Virus record (IMG/VR): IMGVR_UViG_3300045988_034373
Location: 96,001-160,000 of that record
Reading direction: 5' to 3' (one strand)
Source of the DNA: a virus
DNA: 64,000 nt
Shown here piece after piece: positions 36,401-45,600 of the stretch. The stretch's first letter is position 1. The number at the start of each line of letters is the position of its first letter. Under the pieces are notes generated by a model. The model was not told the origin of the DNA and ran no database searches. It saw nothing but the letters and a program-made list of their open reading frames with translations. The position numbers and the translations under genes are program-made.

Positions 36401-39400
36401 TAAATGTAAACACTATAGTTGAAGACGGAGAGAACACTCTAAGGGTTAATAACAAGGGTGAAGTTGAAGGTCCTCTTAACGATGCTGAAGTTTATGTTGA
36501 TAGTAGAGGTAATGAAATTATCTTTACTGACAATGTTAAGCAGTTCTTAGAGGAGCAGTATGATGATTACGATGATGTAACTCTGAATTTAACGTTGAAA
36601 GAAGGTACTCTAAATTCTGCATTTGATGTAGTTAAGGGTATTGACCACAAACTCACTGAGCAGTATAAGGAAATGGCTCTCCGCATGGAGAACAATGAAG
36701 CTATTACACTTAAACTTGCTTTGCAGGAGAAGAATACTCAACTTGATAGGATGTTCCGTCGTCTAGCAAGGGAGAAGAGAACTTCATTCTTGAAATCTCT
36801 TGAGTTCATTGCAGCTCGTATTCCAGCTCAATCTATGCAGTCATTTATGCCTATGAAGGTAGTTGCATTCTCTGAATCAGAGAAGAATATTGCTTATGTA
36901 TCACACTGGCAGATTTGGTTGCAGGGTTCTGACTTTGATATTGATAAGGTATATCTAATGGGTTCTGAGTTCTCGGACAATGGTAAATATATTGGATGGT
37001 CTCCTTATTTCAATCTATACTCTGATGAAGTAAGAAAGGCTTCTGAATTACTGCCTATGCCAAGTGGTAAAGAGTATCAGGTATTCTATCCTGATGTTCA
37101 ACCAGAAGACTCATTTGATATTACTCAATTAGTTAAGAATGTTAACTTGGCAGCTAGTGATAAACTTGGAACTAACACTAAGCGATTCATTGTTGCATTA
37201 GCAGACTTACTAAAGGGTATCAGAGACAGTGGTTATACTAAATTATGGTTAGATCCGAAGAGTATTATTGAAGCTAATTGGATGAATCTGGATACTGTAG
37301 AGAAGAGAATTAACAGACACTCTCTATATCTATCTAAGATTAAGTCCCCCGATAGGATTATCTCTATGATGAAGAACTCAGTTTCATCTAAGATTTATCG
37401 TATCATCAATGACCCAGCCAATATGGTTTCAGCTTATTCTCCGATTGAGATGAATGAGCCTCAAGCAGCAGCTGAGTTATCTGAATCTGGTAAAGAGGCT
37501 AAAGAATACACTTTGGGTAATCCATTTGTTAAGTGGAATATGCAATATCAAAATATGACTGGTAAGGACGTTATTGGTATTGCAGCTGTAGGTGAGAAGG
37601 TCTTCTTTGCATTATCTTATTACTATAATGAAGCTGCAAGAAGTGGCAATCCTGAATGGCAAGAGAATGCATTCTTTAGAAGGTCATTTAAGCTAATCAA
37701 GTCAAGGGATGGTAAGAAGTATCTTCCATTAGTAAGAAACATTATTGCTAATGTAAACTTCGATGGAGTTGATACATCTAAGGTACTTTGGAACTCTATG
37801 ATTGAACAACAATCTGGAGTTAGTATGGAAGATGCAGGTAAGAAGTATACTGAGGAGGAAGTAGCTTACATACGTGAGCAACTAATGAGTCAGCTCGGAA
37901 GTCAGAAGGACGCATCGTTAGTTATTTCAGCTCTATTATCAGCAGCAACTGATAATGCTAAGGAGTTGATTTTAGCTAAGATTAACTCTGGTTCTGATTT
38001 AGCTTCTGTATATCTGTATTCAATCATGCTAGGTATTGATTTCAAGGACATAGCTAACCTTATGATTTCTAACACAGTTCAGACTATAGCTAAGTTAAAT
38101 AAGACCAATATCTTTGATGAGTATAACCAGAGTTCAACTATTGACAGCGTGTTTAATAAGTTGGAGAATGGTTTACAAATCAAGAATTACTTGAATAAAT
38201 TTGAAGGTCTTAATGAGGCTATTGCAGCTGTCTATCCCAAAGCTAAAGGTAAGTCTACCCAGGCTGCACTGACTGAAATATTCCAGCAGGATAATAGGTT
38301 GGAGCTACTCAAGAAGTTAAGGGAGGAATTTAAGACAACTGAAATCTATAAGAACAGCGGATTCCCTAAGTTCAACCTAATGAGGTTTATGAATGATTTT
38401 GAAGAACTAGCTGTAATGGCTGACTCAATCTTTAAGAATGAGTTAAGTAGAACAGAATACTATACCTTTAAGAGAATTTATAAGCTAGCTCAGGAGGTTA
38501 AACAGTTAGGTTCCATTCTGAGTGCCAATCAAGGATTACAAACTAATATGTTTGACAAGTTTGGCTATCTTGATAGAATTGAACAAGCTGTAAAGGATAG
38601 AGTAGACGAGTATGCAACTGGTATAGGGGATAACAGGGATGTTAGTATCTTTAAAATCCTTGAAGACAAACCATACTTAGAGAAGCTGCATGGAGGTAAG
38701 GAAGGTGCTAAAGTGTATGTTGAAAGCATTGTTAGAGCAGCTAAAACAGAAGGAATGATTGATGACTTTAATACACTGAGATTCCTAAATGATGATAACT
38801 ATAGAAGGCTGGCAACTTCTTTCTATAATCTGATTAAGGGAACCATCAACGTGTTAGATGTTATTACTAGAGTTCCTCACTTTAGAGCTACTATTGATAT
38901 GGCAGCTACAGACTTTGGTATATTTGATGCTATTAGTGCTAAGTTTACTAATGTTTACAATCTGTCCAAGTTACTAATTAGAGATATCTACAAGGTCTCT
39001 TCTAGTAAGGATAGAGATTCTATATATAGGAATGTTGGTAATTTCTTAGATAGTGTTATAAACACTAAATGGTTCAAAGATAGAGGTGTTTCATTTACTA
39101 TAGCTGAGGGGGATAGATACTTTGATAAGTATGGACACACTCATCAAGCTACAGGTAATGAGGTTGTAGATTTAGGTACTGGTCATGGTCAGGCTACTTT
39201 CAAAATGTGGTTTGAGAATACAGTAGTTCCAAGTCTTAAGAGAGGTCTTCAAGAGAAAGGCGGAGAGAGAAAACTATCACTTGCTAGAAACAAGTTTATA
39301 AGTGCTCTTCAGTTGTCTATTTCTGATAGAACTCTTACTCGTGATGTAAGCTATGCGTGGACACTTCCGATGAATATGTCGAGTATTAATTCCATTACTG

Positions 39401-40008
39401 AAATGAACAATTATGTAGAATATCTCACTCACTTTGATGAGTTGGATAAGTATACATTTAATGGAACTCCAGTTTCGGAATTGTTCTTCTATTACAACAT
39501 GATTGTAAATAAGAATAGGTATGGACAGACATCCTTGACAAGATTATTTGAGCACTTTGTTGGTGAGAAGCAGAACTCGGTTGTACAAGATTATTTCAAG
39601 TATATCGGTGATATGGACTACAACAAATTACTAAATAACTCTGATTATTCACTTGAAGATGTGGTTATGGCTTGTGCTATAACTGTCAGCGGAGGTAACT
39701 ATGGTAAGAAATTCCCTTATATTAAGGTCTTCAATTCCATATTACAGACTTATGAGCTGTATTCGTATATGGGTGAGTTTAACTCTTCAGAGCAACTTCC
39801 AGACGAAGTGGCTGATAATCTACCAGAAGGAGATGTCAGTGGTCCTGCTAACTACAAGCTAGTAGACCTTCCAAATCAGAAGGAGCTTATGAACTATTTC
39901 ACCTGGTTGCCAATGAACTTCAGCAAGAAGCAAGATACAGAACCTCTAGAAGATAAACTGTTAAAGCTAATAAATCAAAACAGAGCAATAGTAAAGTATG
40001 AGTGCTAA
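30472..40008 (+). CDS. giant single-chain two-barrel RNA polymerase (crAss-like virion RNAP type), 3178 aa
   Basis: The beta-like barrel motif FKMSTRHLGIQ (nt 34942-34965) can be compared with bacterial beta KMAGRHGNKG. The beta-prime-like metal site is GSDFDIDK (DxDxD, nt 36931-36945). Confidence 0.8.
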   Translation: MRCIVTNDKKEIIIDSLNSVFNDTELITLEAKFKRLGEDLSPILVLDDERSISVISDIINEWIPEARDVAEMFEDDVQLALLTELEETKDLRITDLRKSGVAPANKAAANLNMDIREESLIDYQEKITSSTISNLYSSAQQPRNLMQDELRRSVISSFLVDFKEGRIVRSSQEFNKNLAALFNRLLADLKIYAEEVKVDFDNSLLLYDEDGKYTGQFSVVQKLADTLFGDKFNATYLDHLYATRTSSFRSSKALKAYNSYVILNNFDTLLKTLLGKTITIDQRYVDSFTDVTNDKYKLLDNSNLVKTWRSSDDVDALSEMGNITKILLEQTPMLHYPTGENKFNNYLEVKDFTYVFNKLKNIPIFSEIADKIRFAPNKFIPKLIDTALKTNTRGLTAHDKDIIFSVQRRFYKNNFDPYGDSEYSLTEIINKEYKEGQNGVLSQNLVDFVSGMIDKTVSTNHIGYRPSDSGNMEIFDVKDNNLNSHKLIIEKGINNINNTLSTEYRRDLLDKYSVRRNGAKLSIRIPGYTTKNGHSLHVVHANNSSRGISVFTVDSNRNQTPLSLSEMDRMVLEGDTDLIRALTEFLDDTLYQSLGLQPEILDAFREIVGASSDISAIMQLATLGGRSLMRNQIEKELADGTMDRASVPECFPAEYNKESALFDKRTGSLKTVIPDQANIVRDLARARMLVNGEAAKSNSRDLSGNSISNNGLTNLINTAKVNWIEAKHLSSYGYNVASLGSIFVKNPNLIFGTTVKKEAQSKDRSVTKSSAKFFSSEIAHSSILYDFWSGFLNKDGDMAGKFYIQPTVYSDKSRHYLIGIDGMQVLTPTFDETTGGNVGGKRITESTAEDIRNVHYASMAQMYRVMRDNLMADYQQTLAPILPMLGISSITTFSDVENVFNAINAKYKLKKDVEFFRSKGMPVNPENEAEYQQIMQSQMALASSPQDLYMLLAKDANTDVIDQIHFSGKGNLGINKLLKHYFEMFLDDAKTRSIYNAKVLREKKKFARDLLNNNKFFLYDKRGEIDPVLNKFIHGSNKSETYSMWAGPDYESKWVDPDTAELIIAKLVDKNGKETRLTKNSLFDPKDSQGLILNPLFDMFFEVDNLISSNFLTSTVGGPYGHPLKSRIDPNADEVTKIEQEEAARTLAQFKRMVIYPATMHNYVQNQLNGIPPQYNVATIRDMSASVHNYSGVTSKVDVQDGSGWANPFIAILENNSLNDAKAGEDKKPIGHSMNPMYLSELELKYALMDIYNERIRDSQKPDNEGVRWKNMLKKMTDRQWDVPVNLTVAFNGKPVNIAESIENPYYRDIVTGKFYKIVDIKRTGDNLYDVTQVQVNKMGTVIGQPELKGGTSLLIDTNYKLWEAFGGEWSCDLTEMGLFEGNSSIEAVAWYMNNIGIVRSRENEEAYGTDFKQELYTFGEDYEELPSESEIRNPDGTFTDFANLSQIEVYQPLKHSDIHYLVNTSGAKCGATNINPTSSWFNDAPLRSFKMSTRHLGIQMDADHHADDSELTEMSQVISSLEANGYTHHIAKEAYHDLGSIVYSTMKREIDAVAEYYKMGDSREIYNIVGKSFLKSFDDSSSNKASLAEAIIYNMKKELGKYLKISEADVKLPFSDNNLLGAVISSVTSMINKNAIKRKYPGIASVLIPSHGAIQIYKANGIDYTYSQAQLSKLDFNHQFNLQPIIPITDIEFGESYVVVEGTQGYPVDSNGVVPEGASMWDGDMQHEAQFNLNVPGVQHITVDTIEKYNALRNDTSGRLVKRNPYKGRDLQPSRTLFKIGGRQYSIFDSDSIKSRYAVEKAFDKGGVIDLARSGDIDAAIEILNGFRIPNDLVSAKLNELANKLANKDFWRISNLVDDIKNLYRDDVINTFKRLSADGTVIINDEVKTIDPESLEIKEAELILPKIYATRFGLRRGDSLNEIMKNKDFFYNRIIDAWNDKTTKYDIALKRANGNHTYIILKSGGNAKIVEGLQKVNVNTIVEDGENTLRVNNKGEVEGPLNDAEVYVDSRGNEIIFTDNVKQFLEEQYDDYDDVTLNLTLKEGTLNSAFDVVKGIDHKLTEQYKEMALRMENNEAITLKLALQEKNTQLDRMFRRLAREKRTSFLKSLEFIAARIPAQSMQSFMPMKVVAFSESEKNIAYVSHWQIWLQGSDFDIDKVYLMGSEFSDNGKYIGWSPYFNLYSDEVRKASELLPMPSGKEYQVFYPDVQPEDSFDITQLVKNVNLAASDKLGTNTKRFIVALADLLKGIRDSGYTKLWLDPKSIIEANWMNLDTVEKRINRHSLYLSKIKSPDRIISMMKNSVSSKIYRIINDPANMVSAYSPIEMNEPQAAAELSESGKEAKEYTLGNPFVKWNMQYQNMTGKDVIGIAAVGEKVFFALSYYYNEAARSGNPEWQENAFFRRSFKLIKSRDGKKYLPLVRNIIANVNFDGVDTSKVLWNSMIEQQSGVSMEDAGKKYTEEEVAYIREQLMSQLGSQKDASLVISALLSAATDNAKELILAKINSGSDLASVYLYSIMLGIDFKDIANLMISNTVQTIAKLNKTNIFDEYNQSSTIDSVFNKLENGLQIKNYLNKFEGLNEAIAAVYPKAKGKSTQAALTEIFQQDNRLELLKKLREEFKTTEIYKNSGFPKFNLMRFMNDFEELAVMADSIFKNELSRTEYYTFKRIYKLAQEVKQLGSILSANQGLQTNMFDKFGYLDRIEQAVKDRVDEYATGIGDNRDVSIFKILEDKPYLEKLHGGKEGAKVYVESIVRAAKTEGMIDDFNTLRFLNDDNYRRLATSFYNLIKGTINVLDVITRVPHFRATIDMAATDFGIFDAISAKFTNVYNLSKLLIRDIYKVSSSKDRDSIYRNVGNFLDSVINTKWFKDRGVSFTIAEGDRYFDKYGHTHQATGNEVVDLGTGHGQATFKMWFENTVVPSLKRGLQEKGGERKLSLARNKFISALQLSISDRTLTRDVSYAWTLPMNMSSINSITEMNNYVEYLTHFDELDKYTFNGTPVSELFFYYNMIVNKNRYGQTSLTRLFEHFVGEKQNSVVQDYFKYIGDMDYNKLLNNSDYSLEDVVMACAITVSGGNYGKKFPYIKVFNSILQTYELYSYMGEFNSSEQLPDEVADNLPEGDVSGPANYKLVDLPNQKELMNYFTWLPMNFSKKQDTEPLEDKLLKLINQNRAIVKYEC

Positions 40009-40999
40009 GAACTGTACTTCTACATTGATAATTGGGGGGCTGGAATTTAAAGTCCAGTCTCCCAACATCAATGGGAATCCTCCAATTAAAGACATTATAC
40101 AGAACATAATTAAAGTACATGGTTCTGAAATTTCTAAAGCATTATCTGACCCAAAAGGTACGTATGAAGTACTTAACATCAATGATATATCACATCTAAG
40201 AGGTAATGCTACATTTAAAGATATTACTGAACACCTAAACAGTTTAGGCAGACAGTACATACCAATGAGAGATAGTTTAAGGGTATTAATATCCAAACTA
40301 AACAAAATTGTTCCAGAGTCTGAACAGAACATTCTTTGGGTTGCTTCACCCGTAACACTGAACGATGTAAAAGTACCTAGTGTAAATGTTAGTACTAACG
40401 GAGATTTAGTTATTTTAGACTCCAACAACCTTAATAAGGTATATAACACACTAAGAGAGTATTTCTATGCTAAGACTATTAATACTCCTGAAAAGATTAA
40501 CCAAATCCTAGCTTTCATAGGAAGTATTGGTAAGGCAACTGATAAAATGAAGTTAAAGTCTGATGTATGGATGGCTAATCTACAATCTAAGTTTACTGAG
40601 ATGAGAAAGAATCCTGCAACGGCACTACACTATATTGTTAGTGATGATATTGTGAACGAATTAGTTGACCTATCTGGAATGAGGTCAGAACTTAATACCT
40701 TACTTAGAACACTAAGCAATGTTCAACTAAATGAGGGTAAGGGTAGACAGTGGTGGTTAGAGTGGGACGGTAATGCTGGAACCTATACTAATAGGAATGG
40801 TCAGCAATTTAGGTTCAACTTTAAAGAAATGGACACTACTATTACAGAATACCTAAAAGAGAAAGGTATTGAGGCAAATGAAGAGGAAATTAAAGCTACA
40901 AAGGCTGTCCTATTAAGTGGAATATCACAAGGACATCCATTGTCAAATGATGAGATATACGATTTATGGGACGAATTTACTAGAAAAGGTTGTGAGTAA
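39998..40999 (+). CDS. hypothetical protein (333 aa)
   Basis: The ORF overlaps the RNAP end by 11 nt. No motif recognised. Confidence 0.65.
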   Translation: MSAKNCTSTLIIGGLEFKVQSPNINGNPPIKDIIQNIIKVHGSEISKALSDPKGTYEVLNINDISHLRGNATFKDITEHLNSLGRQYIPMRDSLRVLISKLNKIVPESEQNILWVASPVTLNDVKVPSVNVSTNGDLVILDSNNLNKVYNTLREYFYAKTINTPEKINQILAFIGSIGKATDKMKLKSDVWMANLQSKFTEMRKNPATALHYIVSDDIVNELVDLSGMRSELNTLLRTLSNVQLNEGKGRQWWLEWDGNAGTYTNRNGQQFRFNFKEMDTTITEYLKEKGIEANEEEIKATKAVLLSGISQGHPLSNDEIYDLWDEFTRKGCE

Positions 41000-42648
41000 T
41001 GGCTTGTATTAATCATAATGATATAACATATAAAACACTTCTAGAACTTTCTGGATTAACCCAGTTAGAACTTGATGCAAAGGTAAGGAAGACACTGGAG
41101 ACTACTGGGGAATACCCATTCATCGAGCAAGTAGTGTCTTCTGATACAATTCCCGCATTAGTAAAGAAGTATAAGTTGGTAAAGTCTGGCGATAGGTATG
41201 TTGCTAAAGATGCTGACTTAGAGGGAGTGGATGCCCCTTATCTAAATAGCATCTATAGAGATTTAGAGATAACAATAACTCCTCTATTCGATGGAGAGTC
41301 TTTAATAGACATTAAGAAACGTGCTACTATAAATAGAGATTTAGAAGTAGAAGAGGATTATGTTGGACCATACACTGAACCCAATAGCAATATATTTCCT
41401 CAACCTATTCAGGTTATTAATGGGAATTATATCTATCAGCATGATGGTAACTATTACATATCAAAACACAAAGTTGGAAGTTATACTGCATTGAGTAACC
41501 TACCTAGAACTAAGAATCTAAAGACAGCTTATTCTAAAGCTACTCCTGTAAATACTAAGTATGAGGTTAATAGGGATGTTCTTAGATTCATATCTGACTA
41601 TAGTAATCTATTATCTGCAGGGCAGAATGCTATATACAATACCAATTCAGAACTTCCACCAATTATATCATATTATGGCAATTTTAACTATCCTAAGTTC
41701 AAAGTTGATACAACTCTTAAAGGCAAGTATGACATTAGTGAAGAAGGTACTATCCTACTAAATCCAAATAAGATTGGTACAGAACCTAAGGCATTAGAAA
41801 GAGCTATCCTTGAGGCTGAGGGGTTCTATAGTGAGGAGGAGATACTTGAATCACTAGACAGACTCACTAATCCGATTAAAGTGGAAACATTAAAGGTAGG
41901 TAATAACCAATATCTACTAAGGTCTACTAATAAGGATAACAAACTTAGCAATTATTATCCAGAGCTTTCTAATGGTAATGTAAGGATTAACAAACTTGAA
42001 GCACTGTTAGATAGATTAACTGACTTATATGGAGTTAAATTCAATAGGGTTACAAGTTCCGAATTAAGGCTTGGAGGGTTTAAAGATATTATTCCAGATG
42101 CTACCAGAGTTAATGCCTTTATATTAAACGGAGAAATCTACATCAATACTGATAATGCTAGTGACGATGCACCTATACATGAGTTATCTCATATGTTGCT
42201 AGGCTCATTAAAGTCTACCGACTATGACCTATATTCTGCATTAGTAAACTCAGTGGAGAGTTTAGATGACTATGATTCTAGGTTAGAAGAGTTCCCCAAT
42301 AGAGCTAGAATGGATGCTAATGAGGAGATATTCGTAGACCTGTTTGCCAGACACTTTACAGAGAATTTGGAATTACCAGTTGATGCTAATCTAATGGATA
42401 GGGCAGAATATGAAATTAAGAGAAATATTGACTCAGCTATCTTCCCTAATGAAAGTACAACTAAAGTTAGTCTAAATAGTATTAGTGGTAAATCATTCTC
42501 TGAAATCATGGACTTATTTGGAACATCTATTAATGAAACCACAATAGCTAATGCCTTTAATGGTAACGAATCAGGAACTAACAGACGACTAGCTAATATT
42601 AAAGAAGATTTATTAAAACAAGGATTATTAAAAGAGTATTGTGAATAA
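40999..42648 (+). CDS. protein with HExxH zinc-metallopeptidase-type motif (549 aa)
   Basis: DDAPIHELSHMLLG (HELSH at nt 42178-42192). TAATG overlap with the upstream gene. Confidence 0.6.
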   Translation: MACINHNDITYKTLLELSGLTQLELDAKVRKTLETTGEYPFIEQVVSSDTIPALVKKYKLVKSGDRYVAKDADLEGVDAPYLNSIYRDLEITITPLFDGESLIDIKKRATINRDLEVEEDYVGPYTEPNSNIFPQPIQVINGNYIYQHDGNYYISKHKVGSYTALSNLPRTKNLKTAYSKATPVNTKYEVNRDVLRFISDYSNLLSAGQNAIYNTNSELPPIISYYGNFNYPKFKVDTTLKGKYDISEEGTILLNPNKIGTEPKALERAILEAEGFYSEEEILESLDRLTNPIKVETLKVGNNQYLLRSTNKDNKLSNYYPELSNGNVRINKLEALLDRLTDLYGVKFNRVTSSELRLGGFKDIIPDATRVNAFILNGEIYINTDNASDDAPIHELSHMLLGSLKSTDYDLYSALVNSVESLDDYDSRLEEFPNRARMDANEEIFVDLFARHFTENLELPVDANLMDRAEYEIKRNIDSAIFPNESTTKVSLNSISGKSFSEIMDLFGTSINETTIANAFNGNESGTNRRLANIKEDLLKQGLLKEYCE

Positions 42649-45600
42649 TGGCAAAGTGCGGATATACTCTATTAGGAAGGTCATTTGGCTCTGAGTTAGA
42701 ACTGAACAACTTCCTACTTAACAATAAACATAGTATAGACCTTGGTAGAATATCTGATATAGTATTTAGTCTTAATAGCAAGAAAGACGAAGTAGTATCT
42801 ATATTAGATGGTAAACTATCATGGGCTACTAAAATCCAGAGTATTAAGAGAAATCCTAATTCATTCCTGGATGATGAAGATATAGACCCAGAATCGGTAA
42901 AGCCATATAAAGGTGTTACATCTGCAATAAAGTTATTTAGACAAGCAGATGGAGTAACCAGATTTGTGCCTGAGTTCAAAATAGAGAACTTCAAAGAGAA
43001 GTGCTTTGAAAGGTGGGGCAAGGATGGATTTAGCGCAATGGAAGCTAAATTGGTTGGTAAAGAGCCAGGTGTTCCAGTAAAAGAGAATGAAATGGAAGAA
43101 GCTTTCAAAGCACTAACTACTAAGTGGGACTTACTTGGTAAAGTTGGTACTTCACTTCATAAAGTAGCTGAGTTATTTTGGAAGGGTGAAAGTTTATCAG
43201 CTATAGTGCAGGATGATGAAGTTAAGAACTATCTTGACCCAGTAATGGCTTCTCATATGTATAGTAACATGGAAATACTGAGAGACCAATTAATTAAGCT
43301 ACATGGTAACGGAGACCCCAATAGTGTAAAATTCTACCCAGAGTACGTAGTTGCTGGAGACACTCAAGCCACTGACGATAATGGTAGTCCTATCAAACTA
43401 CTTGGTATTATTGACTTGTTGGTAGTTGATTCTGATGGGCAAGTGCACATATATGACTACAAGACTTCTGACAAAGCTCACGTTGATTTTGATAGTACTA
43501 AGAAATTAACATTCGATTATCAGTTAGCTGTTTATAGGCAGTTATTAGAGAGCTATGGATTACCAGTAAGTAGAGCTATGATGGGTATTATCCCACTATC
43601 AATGCAAGACTTTGATGGAACTACTGGTAACTTCTCCAACATTACTGCACCTATTACTACTGTAAATGGTGTGAAAGAAATCAACATTGATTATAGAGAT
43701 AGGAACCCAAGGCTATCCTATGATAGTGCATCTGCCTTTGTAACCAATAACGTTGAAATGGTTATGCCTGTAGAGCCTGTTGAAGATATAGTTACTAAGG
43801 ACTTTGTTGAGCATATGAGCACTGGGTTTGCTAAGCTATTCCCAGGATATAAGTTCAACAGAGAACTAAATGAGGCTACATTAGAAGCTCTTAAAAGGGA
43901 TGTGAGATATAATGCATCTACTGGTAAGTGGACTCTTCCAGACTTAAAGAATCCAGGTAAGACTCTAACATTTGATACTCAAGCAGAGGCGTATAAGGCT
44001 CTTGAAAGTTATCACGAATCTTTGTTAAGCTCTAAGACAAGAGCGACTGAAAGGTTGATTGGTAACATTAGAACTGCTATTAATACTGGTAATACTAACT
44101 TCTTGCCCCTATCTAATCGTAAGATTAAGGGACACAGTGCAGGTTGGTTTATTAAGGAATGTAGTAGGTACTGTAACTCTGAATGGAAGGTAATGGATGT
44201 TCCAGAATTAACATCTTTGGGTATAATGTTGCTATTTAATAAGAGGGCTAAGTACTTTGACGTGTTAGTGCTTGATAACACCCCATTAAAGACTCAACTT
44301 AAATTCAAGAAGGGTACTTCCGTTCTTGGTGAATATGCTTCTAACGTAGAATTAGAGCAAAGAGGTATTCCAGCATTGGAGGGCATTGTGGGTAATGTTG
44401 ACCTAATGAAAGCTATGCTAGCTTTAAATGAACTGCCAGACTTATTCAGAGAAGGTAAGTTTAAATTAGGTGAGATTAGAGTTCTTAACCAAAAGGACGA
44501 AACTGGTATGCACACTAGTGCTTGGCAGTTAATGCAGAACTTTAATGAGCTTACTAAGAACGGTAGAGCTGGTGTGGATAATAACTTTACTACTGGTAAA
44601 ATACAGTTCTTAGAGAATTATCAATTAGCATACTACAATATGATTCAGTTCTGTGCCTTAGGTAAAGAGCAAAGTAAATTGAATAATGTGCTATCAGAGT
44701 TTGAGACTAATCCAATTATTCTTGACCATTCTATAGAGAATCTGATAAAGATGAAGAAGATGTTAGAGCAGGAATATCTTAACCTAACTGAAACTAAGAC
44801 TACAGACTTCTCTTCACCTCCTGGAATTGTATATGGCTATCTACTTAAAGCTATTAAGGATTTAAGAGGTATGCACTATGTACAAGAAGTTAGGGATGGT
44901 AACAAAATAGTTCTACTAACTGATAACCCAGATGTGATGGCATCAGCTAACCTTAGAAATATGTATAAAGTAACCACTGACGGTCTTGTACATCTAAGAA
45001 CTAATCTTAATAACTTTGCTGCTGAAATGCGTACTGCTATGGAGAAGTTCTGGAAAGCTAAGGGATATTCTACTGAAAGAAGAAATCTTATTGGTGACCA
45101 ACTATCACTATTTAAGAATATGTTTGTTACTGATAGAGATGGCAAGATTGATAGTAGAATGAGGGTTAAGAGTCCATTTGTTGATAGAACATTAGATGCT
45201 GCTGAGAAGGAGTTCCTAACATTCTGGCTGGATAAACTAAACAGATACAGGTATCAAAATATGTCTGAATCTGATTTAGAGGAAATGAGGCTAGACCCTG
45301 ACAGTGAATACTATAATGTGCCATTAATGGAAGCTAGTTCAGCTACTAAGGTACAGGAAGGTGGTAAGGGATTAATATCCTGGTTTAAGAGAAAGGTAGA
45401 CCAGTTTAGAAATCCTAAGGAATGGGCTGATAGACTAATCACTGGTGCTTTAGACTCAAAGCATAATGAGCAGTTAAAGGAGGATATGGAGAAGTATGAA
45501 ATGATTGATATGTTCGAGTATAGCGATAATGCAACATCAAGAAGTAATGCTTTAGAAGAACATGATACTGTGTTCTTTGAAACTAACTTGAATGACATCA

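Noticed and set aside
39967-40449. 160-aa antisense ORF. Similar antisense ORFs occur at 30444-30815, 42599-43108, 46673-47197, 35769-36122 and elsewhere, all opposite the giant genes.
   Set aside because: All lie entirely opposite long, clearly coding ORFs. They have no coupling or start context, and they show the Ser/Leu-rich composition typical of the reverse frame of AT-rich coding DNA.
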